Assembly (NCBI RefSeq): GCF_009834535.1
Contig: NC_045697.1
Span: 16,866,001-16,930,000, forward strand
Length of the DNA: 64,000 nt
Direction: 5' to 3'
DNA from: Camelus ferus
Lineage: Eukaryota
Shown piece after piece: positions 13,031-25,140 of this stretch. The position numbers and the translations under genes are program-made. The notes below the pieces were generated by a model, which saw only the letters and a program-made list of their open reading frames with translations, was not told the origin of the DNA and did not search any database. Position 1 is the stretch's first letter, and each line of letters opens with the position of its first letter.

Positions 13031-15022
13031 CAGCATTCCCCAGTCCCTTGAGAGCAGGGAATTGCAATCCAGAAGGAAGGAGGCAAGAGGAAGACACACA
13101 CATGTAAGAATGCGTTTAATATAATAAAGAAAGAAAACTGTCGCGTAAGAAAGGAAGTTGGTCAGGCTTGGCAAGAAGGGCAGGCACAAATGAGTGCTGT
13201 CAAAAATGACAGTGACCAGACACTGTCAAGGAACGGGTTTGGTCACTGCAACATACAAAAGCAGATGACCAACAGAAGCAACAATCCGCAGAACAGGAAC
13301 AAGACCAGCCCAGACTTAAAATGTTTACCAGTTCCCTCCATGAAGGATTGTGGGCCTAAAGGAAACTCACATTTACAACAGTCTGTTTGAAATTGATCGT
13401 GCCCTACCTAAATTAGCAGTTTGATATAATTTAGTGTGAGTCTAACTCATTGTTATATAATCAATCTCTTTTTGTGACAGGTTCCAGCTTAAAACCCCCA
13501 ATGGTATTGATTATACCAGAACTCCTCAGGTCTGAGCAGAGCCTGCAGAGTTGTAGGGTACCCATGCAAGGACCAGCTGGTTCTCACTGGTCCTATTCAC
13601 ATCCTGGGCTTCCACAGCAGAAAGTAACGTGGGAAAGTCATGTAGATTGACTCCATGAAAAAGGGAAATAATACACACACACCCTTTGCTTAAATTTTTC
13701 CATCTTGCCGTGGGCTCATTCTCCTTGCCAATGTCATATTTCAGTTTACTTTCTTCTCTGACCTCCAAAGCACTATACTTCTCTGAAGACCTGTTCACCA
13801 TTTGATCACGTCCTGCTTAGTGTCCCTCAGTGGTATGGCAGATAGAATTCAATTTCCCTTAGCTTTACTGCCTCCCACTACTCTCCAGCAGAACCCAAAT
13901 ACATGTACCACCTCTCAGTTTGATTTTGACTTTTTCCACCTCCTTACTGTACACTGGCCTCCTCTGGAATCCTCACCCCAACCCTGCTCTGCATTCTAAA
14001 AAGTCTACGTATCTCTCAAGATTTGGCTAAAGAGTTCCTTCTGTGGGGAAGTGACTTTTCAGGGAAGGGGCTGGACGCTCCTAGAGCATCACTGTGGTCC
14101 CACCTCTTCCCTCCTCATCCTAGTTATCACTCACTTGCTTATTCTTCTGGCAGACTGTGGGGAGGAAATTGGTCATTTTCACTTTTCGATGCTCACTGAG
14201 TAGCTGAGTGTAACAACAAACAACCCTTTTCAGCAACAGAGCACACTTTAAACAGTGGGGTAAACTCTAGTTAGCCTTCCAAAGGAAGCCTGACTTTGGG
14301 CCAAATCCAATAGACCCTCAAAGGCAAGAAAGACTGTAAATCTAGAAGCTCCTAGAGATGCTAAGGAGCAAGCATGTGCTTCTCCTCTTCAGCAGGACTG
14401 ATGTCTGCATGACACAAGCAAGAGGACTTCGCACTGGTGCTCAGACGTCGCATTTATAAGCACTTTCACAGCTGTGATAGAATTGTCTACTTTGATGAAA
14501 TGGAGGCATTGGAGGCTAACAATGATTGAACACGCACCTCTTACCAGTACTTTTCATGTGTTATATCGCTTAACGACCTGAAGCGGTAAGTGTCATCCCC
14601 ATTTATTATGCAAAGTCCAAAGTCATCCAGAAAGTGAGCAGCAATCATGACTCCAACTCAGGTACGAGATGGGAAAAGATCTTTCCACCAGAGTGCGGCT
14701 TCCACAGAAGAGAAAAATCTGTCTATTTGTTGGTCTTAACCTGTATCAATCAAAAAAGATTTCCCACTTGGAACTGCAGAATAGGCTTCCCCATGAAGCA
14801 AGTTCACTGCTTCTCATTCTCAGTGCTAAGTAGATCTGCTCAGTACCTAGAGATCAGCTCACAAAGCTTGCGTGGACAGTAAGCTACCCTCTCTGCTCCA
14901 TTCTTCCCGTCTTCTGTCTCCCCCTCTCTCCCACTGCATTTCCCCTGAGAAAGCCTCTTAATATGTTCTGTGTCTGCAAAACAAGGAGTGCCTAGACACA
15001 GGAAACCTATAAAGACCTGGGC

Positions 15023-15247
15023 CAAGAGTCAACAACATTTTTCTGTCAGGAGCCAAAGAGTCAATACTTTTAGGATCTGAAAGCCATATGATCTCTATCC
15101 CAACTATTCAACTCTGCCATTGTAGCACGAAAACAGCCACAGACAACATGTAAATAAATGAATATGGCTGTATCCCAATAAAACTTTCTTTTCCAAAACA
15201 GGTGGCCAGCCACATTTGGCCCAAGAGCTGTAATTTGCCAACACCTG
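15023..15247 (-). mobile_element. MER58A hAT-Charlie MITE
   Basis: Reverse-complement homologue of 1647-1869: 'caactctgccattgtagcacgaaaacagccacagacaa...ccaataaaacttt...taatttgccaacacctg'. Confidence 0.88.
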
Positions 15248-15255
15248 GTCTAGTC

Positions 15256-15451
15256 CAAGGGCAGTAAATATATTTCATCCCTCGTGCCAGCTTTGATCAA
15301 TTCGTGGTAGTTGGCTTCCTGGAGCTCTGTGTTTACAAAGATTCTAAGGCTACCTATGGGCTTAACAGGAAAGATGCTATGATCGGTTAGTGATGTCTGC
15401 TGTAGGTATCAGAAAGATCATGGGGGGACACGTGCCACATCTGCATCTTTG
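15256..15451 (+). mobile_element. hAT-Charlie MITE (MER117-like)
   Basis: 'caagggcagtaaatatatttcatc...ttcctggagctctgtgtttacaaagattctaaggc...gatcggttagtgatgtctgc...cacgtgccacatctgcatctttg'; about 196 bp; subfamily name and strand uncertain. Confidence 0.65.
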
Positions 15452-15837
15452 GTTAAGCTTTGAGTACACAAATGAGTTTACAAAGAGACCATGAAACAAT
15501 GTATAGTTTTCAAATAGCCAGAGACCCATCAAAACTGAGTGGTCACCCAGCTACCACGCTGCCACCATCTCCATCCATAGTCAATTTCAGCTAGCTTCTA
15601 TTCTAAATGGGTCACAACACAGGAGCCTATGATTTGGAAAAAGAAGAAAGTCAGAAAATCTCTCCCTAGATCAAATCTAAAAGTAAATCACACTTTGAGA
15701 AGTTGGATTAGGCAAAAGACCTTTTTTTATCTAAGGTTTGTACGCCAGATTACCTAGGATTAGGCAAGCATCCTGCTCTCTCTGTAGCAAAAGCAACTGT
15801 AGCAGGTGGGAACTGTTTTTCTTTTTTAAAGACTCAC

Positions 15838-15864
15838 CATTAATAACTGCCAAGAAAGCCCTTT
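15838..15864 (-). other. Candidate 27-nt microexon
   Basis: Minus strand reads cattgcttgtAG|AAAGGGCTTTCTTGGCAGTTATTAATG|GTgagt; frame-preserving length; no transcript evidence. Confidence 0.25.
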
Positions 15865-17474
15865 CTACAAGCAATGTTGTCGACAACAGAGACAGTTCAA
15901 GAATCATATTTTGAGTTAATATTGAACTTGCAAGTAAATACATAAAGCTTCAGCGCCATAAAGCTAATTTAAAAGGGACATTTCTCTTTATAGTTCCCTG
16001 GAGTGTTATAGACTCGATGATATTCTTCTGCTATAATGTGGGATTCATTAAAGAACTGAAGTTATAATTGTCTCCATCAGTACATATGAGCCGACTGGAT
16101 AAATCGTCCAGAGGAATTGGTTAATACAACCTCAAGTCCTCAGTATGAAGTTCTCCACCTGACCCCTGGCAGGTGGGCAGAAAACCCAAGGTTGAATTTC
16201 CACTTGTGAGAATATCAGAGAAGGGAATTCGAAGGGAATTTCCAAAGCATGACAATCTTTGCACCCACAAGACAATTTCCACTTCACAATTTTATCTCTA
16301 GAAATGGAAAATGATATAGTAACTAAATGCATACGTGTATATTTTTAAGATTTAGGTAATAATTGTGTAATTATTTATTGAATCAATATTATCTTTCTCA
16401 TCATGTCAATAATGGGAAATTCACATTTAACTGGAAAATACATATCATATGATGGCATTTCTTTTTATCCATCGTGTTTCGATATTGTTTCTGTATAACG
16501 GCAGGGTAAAGACACGAAGTAGCAAAGAGAAAGTAAAGTAGAAAACTATGCAAAATGGTATCTTCTCAGTTAATCAATGGGAAGGCCATGTGACAACAGG
16601 AGACTTGGAATAACACAACTTTTGCACTAAACTCACTACCGATTTTACTGACAGCAGTTTTGGAAGAGTAAGAAAATGCGGAGTACATTGGCCAGATATA
16701 GATATAATTTTGTCTGTTTAAGGTTTCTGTGCATTATCATTCATAAAATATGTATGGCTTTATTGACTTCCGAGTGAGAACACGAGGTTGCTTTCCTTTT
16801 AGAACAGAGAAAGTCAGGGAGCAGCCTGGCAGTCGGTAGCTCTCATGCGCAAGGCTGAGGTAGCTGGGTGAGTGGCCTCTGTTGGAATGTTTTGATCCCC
16901 CTTAGTTGTTGTCAGGTTTAAGGACTATTTCAATGATTAAAATTCCAAATGAAATGCGGTGACTAAAATCAGAAATGAAGATGCTTGATTTACTATGTAT
17001 CGTGAACCTATGAATACATATTTATTTATTACAGACAAAAGAGGCAGCGATGGTAACAGGGAACCCTGGAGATTCTTTTGCCCGTGTTTTGTTTGGGCTG
17101 CTTACAGACAACAAAGGAAACAGCACATGCAGCATTTCTAGCCGGTGCAGATCTGCTAGAACACCAAGGACTTCTTCCTGAGTGCCTTTACAAGCCACGC
17201 TATTCCCTACCCTCTTCTGTGGAAGTTATCGCTGTATTAGATGTTGTTGAACATATTTGATATGAAAGCATTGTCTGTTTGCTACCAGTATCTAACGAGT
17301 CTCTCCCCCAGAGTTGCCAGCAAGGTGCTGATTAATTAACTGAAGTAGTGAAGCTGAATCGCACAACAGCTGCTTAGAGAATTGTCATTAACTTGGTCTC
17401 CTTTCCTGTCTGTTAGCTTTCTTGCAGCGATTCCACTAAAATGCAAATCTGGGAAGCTCAGCATCTCCACCTAC

Positions 17475-17496
17475 CTTAACCTCTGTGCCCTCTTTG
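17475..17496 (-). other. Candidate 22-nt exon
   Basis: Minus strand reads ccctgacc...(T)25gcAG|CAAAGAGGGCACAGAGGTTAAG|GTaggt; no transcript evidence. Confidence 0.2.
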
Positions 17497-17500
17497 CTGC

Positions 17501-17525
17501 AAAAAAAAAAAAAAAAAAAAAAAAA
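17501..17525 (+). repeat. Poly(A)25 tract
   Basis: Counted directly. Confidence 0.95.
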
Positions 17526-18058
17526 GAGTGAATGGTCAGGGCTGATTTACTTTTAAGAGAAATCAGATGAGGAAACAGCAATGAAAAGAAGCCATATGAA
17601 GGTAAAGAAGGGATTTTGGAAACTTCCTAGAAGTGCCCGTTTGTCTTGTCACTTGTCATTGGCAGCTGACAAAGAGGACAGGCCTTTGGGCTGAATGTCA
17701 CAAGGGGAACTGCAGCTACCTTGAGTTTATTGACCAGTTCAGCTATCTGACCATCTCTCCCCGGGACGTCCTCCTCGCGCTGGAGGGGAAAAGGCAGTCT
17801 GCAAGGGAGAAAGAGCGCAGAGACGAGCCGTGCGGCCAGGCCGAAGTAGCTGGTCCTCGGGAGTGACGGCAGTTGGCGAAGGATGACAACCTGTAGACCT
17901 CAGCTGCCCCAAGAACAAGGATGATTATTCAGAGGACCAGATCCATATTAAGTGGCAGATGGGAGGGAGGGTTGAGTTGATGAGACACAAGCACATCATT
18001 AAAATGTTCTGTGGTAAGGTGTAGTGACTCAGATCAGATAAAAATAATGCTTTTTTGT

Positions 18059-18177
18059 AAAAAAAAAAAAAAAAAATCAGTCCTTCCTTCCCTCCCTCCC
18101 TTTCTCCTTCCTTCTTTCCTTCCTTCCTTCTTTCTTTTCCTTCCCTCTTCCCGTCTTGTCCTCTTCTTTTTTCTTTT
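18059..18177 (+). repeat. Poly(A) followed by degenerate (TTCC)n polypyrimidine tract
   Basis: 'tccttccttccctccctccctttctccttccttctttccttccttccttc'. Confidence 0.9.
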
Positions 18178-20874
18178 ACATATATTTTTAAGTCTACCTG
18201 GCACATTTTGTAAAAGGCAGCGTCTTCCACATGCAGTTCAGCAAAATTAATTCATAACAGAGGCTGTCACCGTTTCATCCCAGGTATCGCCTGATAACCC
18301 CAGTAAGCTCTCCTTATTCCCTCTGACATGAATATCAGAGACTTGGTACCAGAGAGCTCAGATGTTAACACCTTCTGTCGCTGTAATGGTTACCCCGTGC
18401 AATTTCATTTGCCGCGGCACCCCTTCACATCAGACTCACTTGACAAAATAGCTAAGGAATTTTTCAAATCTTAGAAAAGGAGACATTAAAGATGTGATTA
18501 AATAGCACGTCATCGGGTCATCAGGGTGTATAATAAAGAAGCTAAATACATCCCCCCAAATGCAGCAGGTGCTTTTTTTTTAATGAAGGAGATAAATGTA
18601 GAAACGAATACATTGATACAGACAGAGCATCTGCCTCATGATAAAATTAAGTCTTGTGACAGAAATAAATCACTGTGGGGGAGAAGGAACCCATTCTCCA
18701 GTGGGATTTTTTCTTTTCTTCTTATGTGACAGGACTTATTGGATTCCCTGACGCTCAGCAGCTAAGTGCATCCACAATTTGATGATAAATCAGAAAGACT
18801 GCAGGATTTGAAATTTAACAACTACTTATTTTTCTGTGATGTAGAGATAAGGGGGAAATTTTGGTGAGTAACTATTAAATGGGGAATCTCCTTCTCTTCT
18901 GATAATCTGATCTCTTGGTACTGTGTCACAGCATCACGCAATGCCAACAACCAGCGGTGAGCAAAATAGATTTTGGACAAAGATGAATAAGGGAACTACT
19001 TATCTTTCGCCTTCTTTCCCAATATTCAGTTTTATCTAAAGAGTACCATAGAAAGGTTACTTTTGACACAAAAATATACTGCTTTTATTACACTTTCCTT
19101 TTTATCCCCTTCAATACTTTTAAAAATGGCAATAAAAGCATGTTTTTCTTTTTAAAACATTTTCACATTGGAACAATAGAAAAGAAAAATCCATATATCA
19201 TGTGAAAAATACACAGGAACTAACAGAGCTCAGGATTACTTTACCGTGTTTGACAAATGTGACTTGAAAATACACACCTTCGTGTTTTAATGATTCCCTT
19301 TGTTATACCACGCTATTAATTACTAGGAGTGGGAGGGGGGAAGGTACATCTCCAAGCTGTACCTTTCTTTTCCCCAATGCTGAATCTTGGCAGTACCTTG
19401 AGGGCCTGGTAAATGCTTGCACCAATCACAAACTCTCATACTGAACTATACACATTGCCCTTCCGAGCAGTGGAGAGGGAGAAATCAAACGATTTTTGGC
19501 TCCAGATAATTTTTTTAAGTGAGGACATGGTAGCTCTTCAAGAGGAACCTGATCCATCGTGTGAAAATACAGTTACAATCTAACAACTGACATCCCAGAG
19601 AACACTCAGAAACAGTGCACTGTTGAGCCCAGGTATATTTCACAAGCCAGACCAAAATCTGTTTTCTTGTAAACTAAATCAAGCCCACTGTCAAGCTGTG
19701 ATCTGATTTTTTTTTCCTTCTACATAGTGCCTTGTAAAGGGCCAAAGGTGAGGTTGGATGGAGAGGCATTAAATGTTGATCATGGGTAATTACGACAATC
19801 TCCTTCAAAAGCATTAACTACTGCAAACTCAACCTGTCTTCAAAGAGAGCTAACTCCTTGTGACAACACGAGAAGAGCTGTTGAAGAACTGTAGACCCCT
19901 ACAGCTGGGTACCAGCCTTAATTAGAGTGCGGCACCGAAACAGACGTTCTTCAAGTATCCGAAGAGGTATAATGAATCTATGAGCTCAAGAAGTAAAATG
20001 TATCATCGGCCAAATCCTCCATCACAAAACATGCCAAGAAGTGAAAGAGGGGGGCACACAATCCAACCAAACGTCATGACCATCGGGAAGTGAATCATTC
20101 AATGTGGTTTGGTACTTAGTTGCTCAGTTTCACACAAACTGGATGGTAAAAACAACAACAACAAAGAGAGAGTCAGACATTTCTGAGAGTGTCTGGAAAT
20201 CTGGAACATTTTTCTATGCTTGATAAATTTGGTTTGACCTAATTTGTCATTTCCAGGGAGCAGAAGTCACTGATCTCCTTGCAATTTGCTTTTGAGACAG
20301 TGGAAAGGGTTTTACAACAATCAAGCAAGAATTCTAGCATCATCCCCACATTAATTATGGTTCTCAAAAGTGCTTGCTGCTTTTTTTTTCTTTTAACAAT
20401 CATGACAATACTTTCCTAGCTTTGTTTTCCACAAAAACACAAACAAACAAACAAAAACTAGACACAATATTGAACTGGCAAGTTTTCCATAGAAACCTCA
20501 AGATAAAGGACTGGAAAATGTACCTCTCAGTGTCCTTCGTTATGTGCGACCCTCTCACGGCTTGGATCCAGCTACATGTCACACATATCCACAAACGTCC
20601 CATTTTTTGTTGCCGTGATTTATTGCAGCCAGACAGCTAAACATAATCACAGGAAGAATATGGACCTTTATTATATGGGACTGGGTCCATCTTTTCCAAA
20701 ACATAGAAACAATCTGAAATGGAAAGCTGTCTTCATTTCAATCTCTTTGGGTTTATTTCCTCTGATCCTCTCTTGATTACCACAGAGAAATCCATTTATA
20801 CGATCACACAAGGAATCCTAGTCATGTTTGAAAACTCTGTCCATGAATAAAAAGAATGCGATGGAGTCAAAAGC

Positions 20875-21008
20875 ATCTCATTTTCCAGAAGGAAACTATG
20901 AGACCCAGAGAGGTAGATATGTTACCTCACCCACACAGCTGGTTATCAGGTGGGCCAATCCAGAGCACATATCCCCAATTCAGAGTCCAGTATTCTTCCC
21001 ACTGCACT
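20875..21008 (-). mobile_element. MIR SINE fragment
   Basis: 'cattttccagaaggaaactatgagacccagagagg...cacacagctggttatcaggt'. Confidence 0.7.
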
Positions 21009-21219
21009 GTCAAACCTCTTATCTTCTGACCCTCCAAGAGAATAGCACTAAAGGGGGAAATTGCCGAAAAATCAAAGGTATGCTACTTCAGCCTCTGGGA
21101 ACTTAGTTGAATATATTTTCAATAGTACATGAGACTTAAAAACAGATGTCCAGTAGATGAAAAATTAAAACAGAAAAATTAGAATTAAAAAAGAAAAAAA
21201 ACTATGCAGTCAAAGATCT

Positions 21220-21640
21220 GAGTGAGGAAGAGGGTGACAAGGTGGACTCTGAAATAGTAAACATCTATGAGAATCGCCCAGGCCATGAGGATTAATTCAG
21301 TTGACACCTATTTCAGGTGCCAAGGAACCAGCCCCACAGGCATCTTCACAAAAAGCGTTCTAGGCACAGGGAACAGCAAGGGCAAAGACCCTGAAGAAGA
21401 AATGAATCAGGAAAAAGAAAAAGACCAGAGAGGCTACAATTGAGTCAGCAGGAGATGGAGTAGAGAGGTAGGCAGAAGTCAGCTCCTGTAGGAACCTCTA
21501 AACCCTGGAAAGGAAATTGGCATTTGTTTTGATGGCAACAGGAAGTGAATGGAGGGTTTTAAGTAAGGATGTGATATGATCAGATTGATTTTTTTTAAAG
21601 ATGACTTAGGCTGCAGTGTGAAGAATAGATTGCAGGATTG
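21220..21640 (-). mobile_element. L2 LINE fragment (L2a-like)
   Basis: 'taggcacagggaacagcaagggcaaagaccctga...ggagggttttaagtaaggatgtgatatgatcagatt...ggctgcagtgtgaagaatagattg'. Confidence 0.85.
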
Positions 21641-22499
21641 AGATAATATACATCAATTCCTTTTAAAAAATGTTAAGATGAAATCTAAATGGAAGCCGTG
21701 GCTGGCATTATATAAATGGCATTGCAATCTTCAAAAATAATAATGCAGTGATATTTTTCAGAGACTGTCTTAACTGCTGGCACTGGCCAAAGGCATAGGG
21801 TTTGTCCATATTCTAAAACCCTGAGTAATTGAGCTTTGAAACAGGCAAAGATGAAACTGCTGTTGGGCCTCATTGGGTTGGGTTGTCATTGGAATTCAAG
21901 TCATCTGTGTTGCCACTGCAGACTGAGAAAGCCCAAACCTCAACACGAGCAAGTCTCTGGTGCTCAGAATTTCAGAATTCTGTTACCTAAACTTTCCAAA
22001 CTGCATAGATGGGAAATTATATTTTTTCACAAAGAAGAACCCAAAGGAGTGGAATGAGTGATCTGAGGGACAGAAATGAAGTCTCTGCATTGAGAAGGGT
22101 CAACAGCCTGTGACTTTGGGGATCAAGGACCGATCACTTGGGGTGATTTAAATACAACCGGTGATTTCGCACAATGAAGAAGTAATCAAGTCCTGCCCCA
22201 CAGCTAAGTTCAAACCAATTAATTTCATCCTGCCAATCTCCCTTCAGTTTTGGTAGTAGCTATGCACAATTAACCCAAAGTAGAGTTCACCTCTAAAGTG
22301 CTGCCTGTTGATGACAAATTCCCAGGGATGTCCAGATAAGACAAAAACCAAAAAGGGATGGTTTATAAGTCTCTTTAGGGAAATCGCTGATTGTGTTACT
22401 GGTCTTCAACAAAAGATAAAAATTGAATCAATGGCTCAAGAATCACACTAGCCACACGTTATGAAAAATTCAAGTTCTCCAATCTGAAAAGGCAAACTA

Positions 22500-22735
22500 T
22501 GAGAAGAACACCAGGCTTCATAAAGAGACAGATTTGAGTTTGAATCCTGCTTCCATCTCTAGTACTATGTGAGTGACTTGCCAATCCATTATTTTTATCC
22601 CTCTGAGCTTCAGTGTCTTTATCTGTAAAATGAAAGTCATATTGATGGCTGGTTGTTGGGAGGGTTAAAAAGAGGTCATTTTGATAAGGTACATAGTAGG
22701 TAAGGCACATAGCAGGTACACAAGAAATGTTCACC
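22500..22735 (+). mobile_element. MIR SINE
   Basis: 'gagtttgaatcctgcttccatc...ctctgagcttcagtgtctttatctgtaaaatg...ggcacatagcaggtaca'. Confidence 0.85.
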
Positions 22736-22810
22736 CCAGACCAGCTTGCCCACCCTCACCTCCCTTGAGGGCTTTCCAACACCATTCATGACTTAGAAAT
22801 ACTCCATATG

Positions 22811-23138
22811 TGCTACTGACTGAATGCTTGTGTCCCCCCAAATTTATATGCTGAAGTCTAACCCCCAATGTGATACTATTTGAAGGTGGGGCCTTTGGGA
22901 GGTGATTAGGTCATGAGGATGGAGCCCTCATGAATGGGATTAGTGCCCTTGTGCTGAAGACCCCAGACAGTTCCCTTGCCCCTTCTACCGTGAACCAGGA
23001 GGCAGGCCCTCATCAGACACCAAACTTGCCAGTACCTTGACTTGAACTTCCAAGCCTCCAAAACCATAAGAAATAAGTGCTTTTTGTTTTAGTCACCTAG
23101 TCTATGGTATTTTTGTTATAGCACCCCAAGCTAAGAAA
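22811..23138 (+). mobile_element. MaLR solo LTR (MLT1A-like)
   Basis: 'tgaatgcttgtgtccccccaaattt...ggtggggcctttgggaggtgattaggtcatgaggatggagccctcatgaatgggattagtgccctt...gtctatggtatttttgttatagca'. Confidence 0.9.
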
Positions 23139-24709
23139 TCTAGTTATAAACAGAGATGAATTCTTCAGGGAGGTGAGAAGCCTTAAGACAGGATCCTGAA
23201 GAAATATCCTGGGTCCCCAGGTTTTTCCTAAGAAAGGATTTAAATCCAAAAAACAGCAAAAAAGCATCTGGAAGCTGGTTATTTAAAGATAATTATAAGC
23301 ACTAAACTTGTAAGGGAATTCATATTCATATTTTTAAAATGTGAAATAAAAGAAGAGCTTTTGAGGAAAAGAAAGATATGATTCTTCTTCAAAACAGGTT
23401 TGCAAAACTCAGAAGGTAAAGTAAATAGAAACTTAAAATAGGATATAGGAAATTATTATGCTGGATACTGTTAAGAATTAAGTCAGCTTGAGAACTCATG
23501 TGACAGCAACCTGGAGAGTCCTGTCCTGAGTCTATCAGTACCAACTGGGTAACCTTTGGTAATTCATCCCTCCTCCTCATCCCCTTGAGAGTCTATTCTT
23601 CTATTAAATGAGCTAATTAGCTAAGACAATCCCTGCAGATCCTGTCAGATCCAGCCTTTTCATACATCTACGCTGTGGCCCTGAGATCACAGGGACTGAG
23701 AAAGCAGTGTTAAGTGTCATGTTATTCACATTTTCATTTCTAGACACAACTGGAGGTTTCGAGATTTGAGGTGCTATGCCTAAGCTGGTAGGAAGGACAC
23801 AGGGTTGGACCTATGAAAAGAACAAACACTGGAAGTGGAGGGGGGGCAACAGAAGGGGAGAAAGGCAGAAGTCATGACTATGGCATAATAACTGGCACTG
23901 AAACGTGCTGACTGGTTAAAGAGAAAGGTGGAGGGGAATCAACGGAGGAGTGCAGGGAAGCGAGGGCATATCTACACAAGCCCCAGAGATCTTACCATGT
24001 CATTATCATATGGGAACAGGGGCTCAGATTAAGAGTGGGGATTGGAAAAGTCTCGGGGACATGTAATCCCAGTGAGGCTCACAGGGATGACATAACCTGC
24101 CAAGGTCCTCCAGCTAGTTATAGACTCAGGATCAGAATGAAGACTCTTGACCACTGACCAGTTAGTCTTACTTCTCCAGCTGGAGAGCAAGAATGATGCT
24201 TTGCAACTTACAGGTTTACCTCTAAATATTGGTTGAAACCAATGTTAATCCATTACTCCTCTTCAGAGTAGCACAGTGTTAAAACAATTTCAGAAGGATG
24301 CATAACTATGCTCCTCTTTAGGAGCCGAGGGAAAAGACATGCTCGGGCACCTCTTTGGACTACATTCCGTACCATTTATAACTTGCTAGTCCATTGCTCC
24401 ATCCGTTAATAGCCCTGATGCCTTCCTCCTGCCATACTGCAGACTGCCCTTCATAACTCCAACCACCCGAAACTCAAATGCTACTTCTCACTAGATGATC
24501 AAGGCATACCTGTGTGACTAGATGTACCCCAACCCATGTCACATTACAGGAAAAAAAAAAAAAAACCACACCGCTGAGATCAGCACTGGCATTCTGACAT
24601 TCAAAAATCGGTGCGCAGTAGCGTTCATCCTCAAGGCCATCATTCTTCAATCCACATCCATCTGACTATTGATTGAGCTCATTTTTCCTAGATTTAATGT
24701 AATCCAACT

Positions 24710-24902
24710 CTAATGTGCATCAATTCTAAGACGCACATCTTTTCACATTCTGCCATCTGAAATGTTGAGGTCTAAAATTGGGAGTCATTTTACAATAAAT
24801 AGTATGTCATAGTTTAATTGGCAGTGTTTGTTCCTTCTTCGTGATAAAGAAAGCAATCGTGTTTCATACCAGTACATATCTTAGACTCAATAAAATGCAG
24901 TA
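24710..24902 (+). mobile_element. MER104-like TcMar-Tc2 MITE
   Basis: 'catcaattctaagacgcacatcttttcacatt...gtcatagtttaattggcag...tcttagactcaataaaatgcagta'; inverted ends. Confidence 0.8.
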
Positions 24903-24961
24903 TTCAAAGCAGAAATGGATGGCCATTTCCTTACCAAAGCTCCAGGAGAGTGAACTGCCCA

Positions 24962-25140
24962 TTTTCCTCTTTGTCTCTCTCTCTGTGTCTCCCTCTATGT
25001 CTCTCTCCTTCTCTTCTTCCCTTCCTCCTGCCTCTTCCCTCACTCCCTCCCTCCCTCTCTCCCTCTCTCCTTCCTTTTCATGTGTGTGCACATGCTCTAT
25101 CTCTACTACTCCCTCTCGTTCTCTTGTCCTTCCCTCATTT
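24962..25140 (+). repeat. CT-rich low-complexity tract
   Basis: 'ctctctctctgtgtctccctctatgtctctctccttctcttcttcccttcctcc'. Confidence 0.9.

Larger units (their letters stand above)
15460..20850. promoter_or_regulatory. Transposon-depleted block, putative cluster of conserved non-coding elements/enhancers
   Basis: No recognisable transposon over about 5.4 kb versus roughly one per 1-1.5 kb elsewhere; many TAAT/TAATTA and TGACA motifs; CpG-retaining patch at about 17755-17880. Conservation itself is not testable here. Confidence 0.45.
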
